From the NCBI GenBank assembly GCA_963836075.1, contig CAWIIB010000001.1, forward strand, positions 128,001 through 192,000: a DNA stretch of 64,000 nucleotides, written 5' to 3'. Below are positions 26,825 to 36,622 of the stretch, piece by piece. Position 1 is the first letter of the stretch. Each line of letters begins with the position of its first letter. Below the pieces are notes generated by a model. That model was not told the origin of the DNA, did no database searches, and saw only the letters and a program-made list of their open reading frames with translations. The position numbers and the translations under genes were made by a program. This DNA is from an uncultured Acidobacteriota bacterium (GTDB taxonomy: Bacteria; Acidobacteriota; JAQAZP01).

Positions 26825-28807
26825 TCAGCGGTCCACATACCAGGTTCTGAATGCCAGGTCGCCGTCGGCGGGGTGTCCCCCCACCTGGAGGCTGCCGTCG
26901 GGGTAGCTGTCGCTCGCGCTGGCCTGCAGTGCGGGCAGTGGCCCGCGGCCGGCGGGGGCGGAGAGGCGGAGGCGGTATGTCCGGCCGGCGGAGGGGAGTT
27001 CCACCCCCAGGCGCACGGGATAGAAACGGCGGCGGCCGGGCAACCTCCCCGGGGGGATGTCCAGCCGGACCAGTTCACGGCCCCCGGGCCCATCTTCGAA
27101 GAGCTGAAAAACAGACCCGTGGGGCGCGGGAAACCGCTCCTCGGGACCCAGCATCAGGTCGATGCGCGTCAGGCCGTCCGCGGCGCAGCGAAATGTCTGG
27201 TCGATGGAAAGGTCTCCGCCCGAGGAGCCCACAACCCGCTGGGAGGTGAGCTGCCGGCAGTCGATGGCCAGGGGCGGCGGCATGCTCCTCCCGGGTTGCC
27301 GGGCATAGATCTCCAGCATCCGGCCGGGAAATCCAGGGGCCGTCACCCGCTCCACCAGCCGGTAGACCCGGGGAAACCAGGGCTCCTGGTTGGCGAAGTT
27401 GGTCATGAAACCGAAGTTCTCCATCAGCACCAGGTAGTCCGGGGCCATGTTCATCAGGCCCCAGAGCAGGTTGCCCCGGGCCACCTGCTGCAGGTCGATA
27501 TCTCCGGTGAGCCCCAGAAGATCGAGGGTTTGACCGTGGAAACAGTAGCCGAGGTAGCCGATCTCCAGGTGGGCCACGCTCTTCTCCGGTCCGGCCAGGA
27601 CATTCAGCCGCTGGGCGGCCAGCGGGTAGAGTTCTTCCCGGTAGTCAGGATACCGGTGATGCCGCATGACGGCCCGGCTCTCGCCGGCCACAAAGGCGCC
27701 GGCCAGCAGCAGCGCCGCCACCGCGAAAAGGGTCCTCCGGCGGGATCCAGGTGCAGGAGCGCAGAAGGGAACCACCCTGCCGGGCAGGCCCTCGGAGATG
27801 ATGATCAACAGGGCGACCACCACCGGTGTGCTGTACCAGTGATACCCGGCCACACCAAGTACGCTGTACCCGGCGAGGTAGGCGGCCACCCAGAGCAGGA
27901 AGGCCAGCCAGGCACGTCCAGGGGCGGAACGGCGGTGAACCGCTAGCCGCCACACTCCGGGGATGGCGAGAAGCAACAGCGGGTACCAGACCGGGTTGAG
28001 GGCCACCGAGCGGCCGGCCCAGATCCAGAACTGTGACCAGAACCCCAGAAACAGCCCGGACTGGCCCTGGACCATCTTCGCCTCCAGGGTGCTGGGGGCG
28101 AACCCGCCAAGGACCAGCCTGGAATAGGTCAACCAGCTGGCCAGAACCAGCAGGTAGACCAGAAAGCCGGCCCAGGGAAACCGCCGCCGGCGCTGAACGA
28201 TCAGCAGGAGGAGGATCGGGGCGGCCAGAAGACCTTCTCCGCGGGTCAGCGCGGCCAGGGCCAGCAGCAGGGCAGCCGCCACCGGCCGGTCCCGGACTTC
28301 GGAAAGGTGGCAGGCGGCGGCCACCAGGAAACAGAGCAGCACCGGTTCACCGCCAATGGTCAGCACCAACCGGAAATTGATCAGGACCATCAGCCCGAGG
28401 AGCAGGCCGGGCAGGGGACGGGAGGCGGCGGCCTGATTGAAATAGAGCACCGCTGCCAGGCCGCAGAGGGCGAGAATGCTCAACAGGCTGCCCGCCAGCG
28501 GCACTGCCATGCCGGCCCACCCCGCGGCGGCCAGCAGCAGGGTCAGCAGCGGGGATGTGGTGCCGCGGCTGGGGGTCCCGGGATTGAAGCAGAAACCCTG
28601 CCCCTGGCTGAAATTTCTGGCGTAGCGGAAGGTGATGTAGGCGTCATCGTAGGAACGGTCGTGGAAGAGCAGCATCAGCGACCCGGTGGCCAGCAGGAAG
28701 ATCAGCAGGGCGGCAATATGCCAGCGGAGATCCGGAGGGGCGGTGAATTGCTTCGCCGCCGGAACCGGCGGTTCCGGTGCATCAGGAGATGGAGTGCGGG
28801 GCATCAT
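26825..28807 (-). CDS. Polytopic GT-C-type membrane glycosyltransferase with C-terminal periplasmic beta domain
   Basis: SYDDAYITFRYARN after the first TM, GTTSPL, ALTRGEG, EIGYLGY...DLLGLT; many TM helices. Confidence 0.75.
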   Translation of the reverse strand: MMPRTPSPDAPEPPVPAAKQFTAPPDLRWHIAALLIFLLATGSLMLLFHDRSYDDAYITFRYARNFSQGQGFCFNPGTPSRGTTSPLLTLLLAAAGWAGMAVPLAGSLLSILALCGLAAVLYFNQAAASRPLPGLLLGLMVLINFRLVLTIGGEPVLLCFLVAAACHLSEVRDRPVAAALLLALAALTRGEGLLAAPILLLLIVQRRRRFPWAGFLVYLLVLASWLTYSRLVLGGFAPSTLEAKMVQGQSGLFLGFWSQFWIWAGRSVALNPVWYPLLLLAIPGVWRLAVHRRSAPGRAWLAFLLWVAAYLAGYSVLGVAGYHWYSTPVVVALLIIISEGLPGRVVPFCAPAPGSRRRTLFAVAALLLAGAFVAGESRAVMRHHRYPDYREELYPLAAQRLNVLAGPEKSVAHLEIGYLGYCFHGQTLDLLGLTGDIDLQQVARGNLLWGLMNMAPDYLVLMENFGFMTNFANQEPWFPRVYRLVERVTAPGFPGRMLEIYARQPGRSMPPPLAIDCRQLTSQRVVGSSGGDLSIDQTFRCAADGLTRIDLMLGPEERFPAPHGSVFQLFEDGPGGRELVRLDIPPGRLPGRRRFYPVRLGVELPSAGRTYRLRLSAPAGRGPLPALQASASDSYPDGSLQVGGHPADGDLAFRTWYVDR

Positions 28808-28866
28808 TCGGCCATTCTAGCCAAAGCGGCGGTGCCGCATCAAGACGGTTCCGCCCAGACCCAGCA

Positions 28867-28896
28867 TTGACGATAAACGCTTGAAATGTTATAAGT
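28867..28896 (+). promoter_or_regulatory. Sigma70-type promoter for tRNA-Arg; a divergent promoter lies on the minus strand at ~28815-28844
   Basis: TTGACG-N17-TATAAG on +; TTGATG-N18-TAGAAT on -. Confidence 0.55.
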
Positions 28897-28921
28897 CTCG
28901 ATCGCGCACTCGTGCCTGTGG

Positions 28922-28998
28922 GCGCCTGTAGCTCAGGTGGATAGAGCAAGGGATTCCTAATCCCTGTGCCGGGGGTTCGAGTCCTCCCAGGCGCACCA
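28922..28998 (+). tRNA. tRNA-Arg(CCT)
   Basis: GCGCCTG...CAGGCGC-ACCA; anticodon arm AGGGA-TTCCTAA-TCCCT. Confidence 0.97.
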
Positions 28999-29068
28999 GA
29001 CCATCTGCCGTGGTTCCCGGGACCTGCCGCAGGATTGGCCATTACTTTGAAGAACGGAGAGTGTTGAA

Positions 29069-29845
29069 ATGACCGCCAGGAAGCTCACCAGGAAGGAACT
29101 GCTGCGGCAGGACGAGTTTCTGACCAGCATGGAAAAATCCCAGCAGTTCTGGGAGGAGCATAAAAACGTCATACTGATCAGTGCCGCCGTGGTGGTGGCA
29201 GCGGCAATCCTGATTGTTGGCGGTATCTCCTTCTTCAAGGCCCGCGAAGCCAAGGGCGACGCCGCGCTCGCCGAGGCCCTGCGCCCATATCATGGTTCGG
29301 TTCTGGGTGAGAAGTCGGCGGCCCGGGCCACTGACGACCAGATGCAGTTCTCTTCGGAGGCTGAAAAATACCAGCAGTCGATCAGCGCCCTGGATGGTGT
29401 TATCGACAGTTATGGCGGAACGGAAGCCGGTGGCGTGGCCCGGCTCTACCGGGCGCATTCGCTGTTCAACCTTGGTCGCTACTCCGAGGCCCTGGAGGAA
29501 TACCAGTCGTTCCGGGACGCTTCCGGCACAGGAACCCTCTCCGGGCTGGCCCTGCTCAACATGGCCCAGTGCCGCATGATGGAGGGTGATTACCCGGCGG
29601 CTGCCGCTACGTACCAGGAACTGATCGATTCGGCCTCGGAGCTCCGTTTCCCACTGGATACCGCACTGTGCGCTCTGGCCGACTGCACCCTGGAGAGCGG
29701 TGATCAGGAGAAGGCGGCCGGCCTCTACCGCAGGGTGGTGGAAGAGTTCCCCGAGTCGGCCTACCGGTTTGTTGCCGAGGAAAAGCTGGGCAGCCTGGGG
29801 GTCGCAGACAACGCTGCCGGCCTCGCCGGCGCTCCACTGGAGTGA
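29069..29845 (+). CDS. YfgM-like membrane-anchored TPR protein
   Basis: KLTRKELLRQDEF, one TM helix, TPRs, and the C-terminal YRRVVEEFPES. Confidence 0.8.
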   Translation: MTARKLTRKELLRQDEFLTSMEKSQQFWEEHKNVILISAAVVVAAAILIVGGISFFKAREAKGDAALAEALRPYHGSVLGEKSAARATDDQMQFSSEAEKYQQSISALDGVIDSYGGTEAGGVARLYRAHSLFNLGRYSEALEEYQSFRDASGTGTLSGLALLNMAQCRMMEGDYPAAAATYQELIDSASELRFPLDTALCALADCTLESGDQEKAAGLYRRVVEEFPESAYRFVAEEKLGSLGVADNAAGLAGAPLE

Positions 29846-29854
29846 ACCCGCCCC

Positions 29855-30529
29855 ATGACTTCCACCCTCAAGCGATCATGGCCTCGTGAACTGTTCGAGA
29901 CCATCGTGATCAGTGTCATTCTGGTGCTTTTCTGCAAAACGTTTATTTTTCAGCAGTTTCGCATACCCACCGGATCGATGGAAGACACCCTGCTGGTGGG
30001 GGACCACCTGATGGTCAACAAGTTCATCTTCGGCCCGCTGCAGCCGGAACGGTTCAGCGGGCTGCTGCCGGTTCGTGATGTGCGGCGGGGCGACGTAGTG
30101 GTCTTCAAGTACCCCGAAGATCCGGAGATGCCATTCATCAAAAGGGTCATCGGGTTGCCCGGTGAATCGGTGGAAGTCCGGCGGAAGCAGTTGTATATCA
30201 ATGGCACGGAGCTGGACGAGCCCTACAAATTCCACAAAAGGTCGGGCATCGATACACAGGTGGACTACTACGGGCCGGTGCTGGTACCCCAGGGCAAGCT
30301 TTTCGTGCTGGGGGACAATCGTGACAACAGCCGCGACAGCCGCTTCTGGGGCTTCGTTCCGGTGGACTACCTGATGGGGCGGGCACTGCTCATCTGGTGG
30401 TCCTACGAGGAACGCCGCGGAACCTTCCTCGAGACGCGGATCGACCAGCGGGTGCAAAATTTCTTCGACACCGCCTTCAATTTCTTCTCCAAGACGCGCT
30501 GGCGACGCTCCTTCACCCTTATTCGGTAG
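29855..30529 (+). CDS. lepB: Signal peptidase I
   Basis: IPTGSMEDTLLVGD, FIKRVIGLPG and GDNRDNSRDSRFWGFVP motifs. Confidence 0.97.
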   Translation: MTSTLKRSWPRELFETIVISVILVLFCKTFIFQQFRIPTGSMEDTLLVGDHLMVNKFIFGPLQPERFSGLLPVRDVRRGDVVVFKYPEDPEMPFIKRVIGLPGESVEVRRKQLYINGTELDEPYKFHKRSGIDTQVDYYGPVLVPQGKLFVLGDNRDNSRDSRFWGFVPVDYLMGRALLIWWSYEERRGTFLETRIDQRVQNFFDTAFNFFSKTRWRRSFTLIR

Positions 30530-30596
30530 AACCTCAGCCTGCGGACCGATAGCTGTGCTGCCGGCCCGCAATCCGAGGTTCTGGAATACCGTGAAG

Positions 30597-32258
30597 TCAG
30601 GGGTAGAGACGAAAGCCGGTAAAGTCTTTCTGTGTCAGCCGGCTGTGGTGCAGCCATATCCGATCGTTCCGCTCGGGGTAGTCGGAACGGAAGTGACTCC
30701 CGCGGCTCTCGGTGCGGATGGCGGCGGCCCGGGCCACCAGGCAGGCGACGGTGACCAGGTTCAACGTCTCCAGCCCTGAGCGGCGGAGCGGTTTGAGCGC
30801 CTTGCGGTCCAGCAGGGACCGCAGGGTGGCAAGGGCTTCGGAGAGTCCCTCTCCGCAGCGCACGATACCCACCCGTTCCCACATCACCTGCCGCGTGGCG
30901 ACCCGGATCTCCTCCAGCGCCTGTTCCTCCCGGGGTTCGGGAACGCAGGGTGCATTGCCGCCCAATCCCCGGAACCCTCTCCCACCGCGGTCCGCGGAGG
31001 GGAGCGCCGTGGCGGCAGTGATCCGGGCCAGCGCGTCAGCGTGGGGCATGGGGGGGCTGTCGGCGAGGACGGCCCGGGCGCTGCGGGCGCCGAACACCAG
31101 ACCCTCCAGCAGCGAGTTGCTGGCCAGCCGGTTGGCACCGTGCACACCGGTGCAGGCTACCTCACCGGCCGCGTAGAGGCCGGGAATGCTGGTCCGGCCG
31201 TGGGCGTCGGTCCAGATCCCACCCATCATGTAGTGCGCGCTGGGCGTCACCGGGATGGCTTCGCGGGTGATGTCGATACCGTAACTGGCGCAGGTGCGGT
31301 GGATCGTGGGGAAGCGCTTGCGGACGAACTCGGAGCGCAGACCGGTGAGGTCGAGGAACACATGGTCCTCGCCGCTCCGCTGCAGCTCGTGGAGGATCTC
31401 CCTGCTCACCACGTCCCGGGGGGCCAGTTCGGCCTGGGGGTGGCGGTCGACCATGAACCGCCGGCCATCAGCGCTGCGCAGCACTCCCCCCTCGCCGCGG
31501 ATCGACTCCGAGAGGAGGAACGAGGGGACGCCGGGCAGGCAGAGGGCAGTGGGGTGGAACTGGACAAACTCCATGTCCATCATCTCCGCCCCGGCGCGGA
31601 AGGCGATGGCCATACCGTCGCCAGTGGCCTGCGGCGGGTTGGTGTTATTGAGAAAGACCTTGCCCGCACCGCCGGTGACCATCAGCACCGCCCGGCCCAG
31701 GATGCGGCGGGGCTTGTCATCTCCGGCGCCGAGGTAGGTGACGCCGAGACAGCGGCCGCCGCTGAGCAACAGGTCCACGGTAAAGGTCTTGGGGATCACC
31801 CGGATCCGGTCCTGGCTGCGGGCCAGGTTGCTGAGGGTTCGGACGATTTCCCGTCCGGTGGAGTCACCCTGGGCATGGAGGATCCGGCGCTTGCTGTGAG
31901 CGCCCTCCCTGGTGAAGGAGAGGCGCAGACCCTCGCGGTCGAACTCGGTGCCCCAGGCGATCAGTTCCGTAACGTGCGCCGGTCCCTGCTCCACGAGAAT
32001 ACGGACCATCTCCTCGTCGCAGAGCCCGTCACCGGCCTGCAGGGTATCATTGAGATGAAAACCGACCCGGTCTTCCTCGTTGAGCGCCACCGCCACACCG
32101 CCCTGGGCCAGTTCGGTATTGCTGTCCTCGACCTTGTCCTTGGTCAGGATGGCCACCGTGCCGTGGGCCGCCAGTTCGATGCCGGCGCGAAGTCCGGAGA
32201 TCCCGCTGCCGATGACGATGAAATCTGCAGATTCGGCGCTGTCCAGATGAGAGCCCAT
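30597..32258 (-). CDS. nadB: L-aspartate oxidase
   Basis: GSGISGL, AQGGVA, REGAHSKRRILH, EFVQFHPT, AHYMMGG and GVHGANRLASNSLLE motifs. Candidate promoter TTGCCA-N17-TACCAT on the minus strand at ~32321-32349. Confidence 0.96.
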   Translation of the reverse strand: MGSHLDSAESADFIVIGSGISGLRAGIELAAHGTVAILTKDKVEDSNTELAQGGVAVALNEEDRVGFHLNDTLQAGDGLCDEEMVRILVEQGPAHVTELIAWGTEFDREGLRLSFTREGAHSKRRILHAQGDSTGREIVRTLSNLARSQDRIRVIPKTFTVDLLLSGGRCLGVTYLGAGDDKPRRILGRAVLMVTGGAGKVFLNNTNPPQATGDGMAIAFRAGAEMMDMEFVQFHPTALCLPGVPSFLLSESIRGEGGVLRSADGRRFMVDRHPQAELAPRDVVSREILHELQRSGEDHVFLDLTGLRSEFVRKRFPTIHRTCASYGIDITREAIPVTPSAHYMMGGIWTDAHGRTSIPGLYAAGEVACTGVHGANRLASNSLLEGLVFGARSARAVLADSPPMPHADALARITAATALPSADRGGRGFRGLGGNAPCVPEPREEQALEEIRVATRQVMWERVGIVRCGEGLSEALATLRSLLDRKALKPLRRSGLETLNLVTVACLVARAAAIRTESRGSHFRSDYPERNDRIWLHHSRLTQKDFTGFRLYP

Positions 32259-32456
32259 GGGAGAGACCCGTTTTGGCTGTATCGGAAAACCGTGTGGAAA
32301 GGAATCGTAGCAAACGCGTTATGGTAGCACAGGGCGGTGGTGCTGGCAATTTCACGAAGGCTGTGTTCCGCCCCGCCCATCCTTGACAGTTCCACGAGCC
32401 CGCATGCTATCATCAAGCACTATTATTCATGTTTCCAACTTTTCACGGGTGAGAGT

Positions 32457-34019
32457 GTGGAGTTTTTCAGCGGACGGCTCGGGGCTGATATTCACTTTTC
32501 CGAACTGCTTCGAAGGATGTACGTCGGGAAGTGTTCGGGAGAGCTGCTGGTCGAACAGGATGACCAGAAGAAGAAGATCTTTCTCGACAACGGCACGATC
32601 AGTTACTGCGCCACCAACATCAATTCCGAACGTCTCGGAACGGTACTGGTGCGTTGGGGCAAACTGGACGACGCCGCACTGCAGAAGGCACTGCAGGAGA
32701 AGGGCGCTCAGCGTCTGGGGATGAAACTGGTGGCCGATGGCCTGATCAGCGAAGCCGAGCTGCAGCAGAGCCTGCTGCAGACGGCTCGGGAAAACGTCTA
32801 CAGCATCTTCAACTGGTCCGACGGGCAGTTCGAGTTCGGGCCCGGCCGGACAGCGCTTCCCGAAGATTTACGTTTTCAGTTGCCGACGTCGGATATCATC
32901 CTTGAAGGTGTGCGGCGTATCGAGGACTATGGGGTGGTGGAGCAGGGGCTGGAAAGGCTGAAGGGCGCCCTGGTTATCGCCGAGGATGCACCGGAGGCCC
33001 ACCAGACCGACTCCCTGACGCCCACCGAAGGTTTTTTGCTCTCACGGATTGACGGGACCCTTTCGCTGGATGAGATCTGTGCCATCAGCACGGTGGACCG
33101 CGAAAAGACCTGCCGCGGCCTCTACGGAATGTATTGTGCCGGCCTGATCCGGGGAGATGTGCCTGCGGAGGACAACCTGGACCTCCTGCTGCCGCACCGC
33201 ACACCGGCGAAGGAACCGGATGCCGCTGCTCAACGCACGGAGCCGCGGCCGAAACCGCAGCACGCCGCGCCGGTCCTGCACGACGAGATCGAGCGTAAGT
33301 ATGCCACCTGCTGCATGGCTCAGGTGGACCTTTACACCGTTCTGGAGGTCCAAAACGATTCTTCCGAGGAGCAGATCCGCAAGGCCTACTACCGCTTGGC
33401 CAAGAGGTTCCATCCGGACCGCCACCGTGGCAAGGAAAATGAAGAGCTGGAGGCGAAGCTCGAAGCGTTGTTCATGAAGATCGGGCAAGCCTATGACACG
33501 CTGCAAGACTCGAACAAGCGGTTCGATTACGACCAGGCGATCCTGAAGAATTCAGCCGTGGTGGATCTCGGGTCCCCGTCCGAGAAGATGTCACCGGAAC
33601 AGGTGGCCCGGCTGCACTTCAAGGAGGGGATGCGCTTCTACCTCGAAAAGGATTTCTGGAATGCGGTCCAGCTCTTCAGGAGGGCCATCGACTCCTCTCC
33701 GGAAGAAAACTCCGAGCACTTTCGCTACCTGGCCCTGGCCCTGTCCCAGAACCCCAAGTGGGGCAAGGAGGCTGAACGCTATTTCCGGAAGGCCATCGAA
33801 CTGGAGCCGTTCAGCCCGGACCTGCGCCTGTTGCTGGGCCGCCTCTACCGGCAATCCGGCATGACCCGCCGGGCCGAGGCCCAATTCGAAGAGGCGCTGA
33901 AGCTCGAACCGGGGAACATCACCATTCAGGCCGAACTGGGGGATCTGCGCAGCGATGGTGAGCAGACGGGTGGCACGTTCATCAAGGGACTCTTCCGCAA
34001 AAACCGCAAGGACTCCTAG
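32457..34019 (+). CDS. DUF4388 + J-domain + TPR protein
   Basis: N-terminal SGELLV...IFLDNG...RLG..LV...FNWSDGQFEF (DUF4388-like); LYTVLEV...IRKAYYRLAKRFHPDR J-domain with HPD; C-terminal TPRs. GTG start inferred. Confidence 0.85.
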   Translation: MEFFSGRLGADIHFSELLRRMYVGKCSGELLVEQDDQKKKIFLDNGTISYCATNINSERLGTVLVRWGKLDDAALQKALQEKGAQRLGMKLVADGLISEAELQQSLLQTARENVYSIFNWSDGQFEFGPGRTALPEDLRFQLPTSDIILEGVRRIEDYGVVEQGLERLKGALVIAEDAPEAHQTDSLTPTEGFLLSRIDGTLSLDEICAISTVDREKTCRGLYGMYCAGLIRGDVPAEDNLDLLLPHRTPAKEPDAAAQRTEPRPKPQHAAPVLHDEIERKYATCCMAQVDLYTVLEVQNDSSEEQIRKAYYRLAKRFHPDRHRGKENEELEAKLEALFMKIGQAYDTLQDSNKRFDYDQAILKNSAVVDLGSPSEKMSPEQVARLHFKEGMRFYLEKDFWNAVQLFRRAIDSSPEENSEHFRYLALALSQNPKWGKEAERYFRKAIELEPFSPDLRLLLGRLYRQSGMTRRAEAQFEEALKLEPGNITIQAELGDLRSDGEQTGGTFIKGLFRKNRKDS

Positions 34020-34039
34020 GTCCAGCCCCGGGTCGCGCC

Positions 34040-34528
34040 ATGCACTACCTCATCGACGGCAACAACCTCATCGGCCACAGCCGTGACCTGACCCTGTCCC
34101 ACCCGGACTGCCGCGGAGACGCGATGATCAAGGTGGCCGTCTTTTGCCGGCAGAGCGGTTGCCGGGCCACGATTTTCTTCGACGGCGGGCCTGACACCCA
34201 CGTGGGGGAGGGTGGCGTTTCCCTCGGACCGGTGCGCGCCCTGCTGGCCGGCAAGGGGGTGGAAGCCGACACACGGATTCTGCGGATGATCGAGCAGGCG
34301 GCCGGCATCGTGTTTACCGTGGTCAGCTCCGACAGGAAGATTTACGGCCGGGCCCGCTCCGCCGGTTTGCCGGCACTGCGCATTCACGAATTCAACGCTC
34401 TGCTGGATACCGAGAGCCGGCGGCTGGCGCAGGGCGAGGAGCAGCAGGCCGAGCTGGAGCAGAAAAGCCGCAGCCTCAGCCGTGATGAGCTTGCTGAGTG
34501 GCTGGAGATCTTCGGCAAGGATTCTTGA
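34040..34528 (+). CDS. NYN-domain ribonuclease (YacP/Rae1-like)
   Basis: YLIDGNNLI, IFFDG, EADTRI and VVSSDRKI acidic PIN/NYN motifs. Confidence 0.85.
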   Translation: MHYLIDGNNLIGHSRDLTLSHPDCRGDAMIKVAVFCRQSGCRATIFFDGGPDTHVGEGGVSLGPVRALLAGKGVEADTRILRMIEQAAGIVFTVVSSDRKIYGRARSAGLPALRIHEFNALLDTESRRLAQGEEQQAELEQKSRSLSRDELAEWLEIFGKDS

Positions 34529-34560
34529 CTGGTTCCCCGGGTGCGTGCTAGCGTTACCCC

Positions 34561-34939
34561 GGATACGGAGTGGAGGAGGTGATCGCTCTCCCGTACAGCG
34601 GGGGGAGGAAAGTCCGAACTCCACAGGGCAGTGCGCTGGGCAACACCCAGTGGGGGCAACCCTAAGGAAAGTGCCACAGAAAATATACCGCCACGGGCCG
34701 CTTGCGGCACGGGGTAAGGGTGAAAAGGTGCGGTAAGAGCGCACCAGTCCATGCGGTGACGCGTGGAGCTTGGTAAACCCCGCACGGAGCAAGGCCAAAT
34801 AGGAAGGCAGATAAGGGTGGTCCGCCCTGGCCTTCGGGTAGGCTGCACGAGCCAGGGGGAGATCCCTGGCCCAGATGAATGATCGCCGCCGTCCTTCGGG
34901 GCGGTAACAGAATTCGGCTTACGATCCGCTCCGGTATCC
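34561..34939 (+). ncRNA. rnpB: RNase P RNA, bacterial type A
   Basis: GAGGAAAGTCCGAACTC, GGAAAGTGCCACAGAAA, GGTGAAAAGGTGCGGTAAGAGCGCACC, GGTAAACCCC..GGAGCAAG and AACAGAATTCGGCTTA; terminal P1 helix GGATAC-GGAGTGGA / TCCGCTCC-GGTATCC; upstream TTGACT-N18-TAGCGT. Confidence 0.97.
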
Positions 34940-34976
34940 TTTTTCATGGGATCGAAACATTGAACGATTGCAGAAC

Positions 34977-35013
34977 GGCCGGTCGTCCCCGGGGGGCGGG
35001 CGGCTCTTTTTTT
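34977..35013 (+). terminator. Terminator after rnpB
   Basis: GC-rich imperfect hairpin followed by T7. Confidence 0.6.
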
Positions 35014-35024
35014 CCAGGGGGCCG

Positions 35025-35984
35025 ATGACCGTGAAAAAAGGACAGGGCCGTGTCGTTCCCCCGCCGCTGGCAGCGGGGGACACGGTGGCCATTGTTTCTC
35101 CGGCCGGTCCGGTGAGCGCCGGGTCGCTGGACCGGGGGCAGCGGTTTCTGGAGCAGCGCGGGTATCGTGTGCGCCGGGGTCGTTTTGCCCTGGCCCGGCA
35201 CGGCTATCTCGCCGGTACCGACCGCCAGCGACTGGCTGACCTGAACAGTGCCATTGCCGCCCCCGAGGTGCGGGCCGTATTTTTCTCCCGGGGCGGATAT
35301 GGCACCACCCGCCTGCTGCACGACGTCGACCTCGCTCCACTGGCCCGCCGGCCCAAGATCTTTCTGGGGTTCAGCGACCTCACCGCGCTGCTCAACCGGA
35401 TTACCGCAGAGGCCGGCCTGGTGACCTACCTCGGTCCAATGGTGGCCTCGGACATGTGCCGCGGCCTGAATGGCCGGACACTGTCCTCATTTGAAACCAT
35501 GATCGAGGGGCGAACGGGCGGCGTTATCCTGCGCTGCGCCTCCGGCCGGGCAGCCGCGGGTGCCCGGAGGGGGTTCCTGCGGAGCGGGAAAGCCACGGCA
35601 GAACTTGCCGGGGGCTGTCTCTCCATGATCGTCGCCGCTCTGGGAACCGGCAGCCAGCTCTCGCTGGCCGGCAGGATCCTCTTCTGGGAGGAGGTAAACG
35701 AACCGGCATACCGCCTCGACCGCATGCTGACCCAATTGCAGCAGGCCGGTCTGCTGGACGACCTCGCCGGAATGATTGTCGGCGGGCTGCGGGGCTGCGG
35801 CACGACAACCCCGGGCGGCGGGAGTGGGGTACGGCGTTTTCTGGACGGGCTTCTGGGTTCCGTGCGCTGCCCGATCTACTTCGGCTTTCCGTCCGGACAC
35901 GGTGCGGCAAAGGTTGTCCTGCCCATCGGGCTGCCGGTGACCCTCGATTCGGACCGCGGTCTGGTGAGCTACGCCCGGGGGTGA
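35025..35984 (+). CDS. LD-carboxypeptidase (peptidase S66)
   Basis: VSPAG, RGGYG, GFSDLT, ILFWEEVNE and FPSGHG catalytic motifs. Confidence 0.93.
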   Translation: MTVKKGQGRVVPPPLAAGDTVAIVSPAGPVSAGSLDRGQRFLEQRGYRVRRGRFALARHGYLAGTDRQRLADLNSAIAAPEVRAVFFSRGGYGTTRLLHDVDLAPLARRPKIFLGFSDLTALLNRITAEAGLVTYLGPMVASDMCRGLNGRTLSSFETMIEGRTGGVILRCASGRAAAGARRGFLRSGKATAELAGGCLSMIVAALGTGSQLSLAGRILFWEEVNEPAYRLDRMLTQLQQAGLLDDLAGMIVGGLRGCGTTTPGGGSGVRRFLDGLLGSVRCPIYFGFPSGHGAAKVVLPIGLPVTLDSDRGLVSYARG

Positions 35985-36092
35985 GAATCCGGGTCTTTAG
36001 TGCAGCCGTGAGAATTCCGATTTGTTATTCAGTGAGGGAAGAGTGCATCAGGCCCCTCGAAACTGGAACCGGCCGATCCTCGGAGGGAGGAG

Positions 36093-36464
36093 ATGAATAC
36101 AGATACCAGTCCTTCGTACGAGCGCAGAATGTACCCGCGGGTGGATATGATACGGATGGACAGCGGCGCCGAGGAACAGAAGTCGGTGCGGATCATCGAC
36201 ATCAGCGCCAGCGGTGCCCAGGTGGAATTCCCCACCCCTCTGACGCCCGGACAGCTTTACGAAGTGCAGCTCACTTTTCCCGACCGTCAGATCCGGACTC
36301 GAGTCCGGGTCACCCGCTGTCTCCATTCAGGGGGGGCCGGAGACGCCGCGGATGGACGCCAGCCAAAAGGTTTTCTGGCCGGTCTGGATTTTATCGGTCT
36401 CGATTCCGGGGATCAGAAATACCTGGAGGGATACGTTGCCGGCCAGTCCGAGCTGAAGAAGTAG
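36093..36464 (+). CDS. Stand-alone PilZ-domain (c-di-GMP-binding) protein
   Basis: ERRMYPR (RxxxR) and DISASG (DxSxxG); GGAGG RBS. Confidence 0.88.
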   Translation: MNTDTSPSYERRMYPRVDMIRMDSGAEEQKSVRIIDISASGAQVEFPTPLTPGQLYEVQLTFPDRQIRTRVRVTRCLHSGGAGDAADGRQPKGFLAGLDFIGLDSGDQKYLEGYVAGQSELKK

Positions 36465-36622
36465 GTCCGGCCGTCCGTTCATCGCTCAGCGGGGTGCTAT
36501 GGCCGGAACCCACGTTTGTCCGGCACAATTGATCCCCGTCACGAATCTGCTTACAATCAACCCTGGAATGGCGGCGGCCATGTGAAAAAAGGGGAAAGTG
36601 CCGCTTTCCAGCGGGGTGCGGG

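Noticed and set aside
34016-35340. Minus-strand ORFs of 260 and 318 aa over the rnpB region
   Set aside because: They overlap a clear RNase P RNA and the NYN and S66 genes; spurious.
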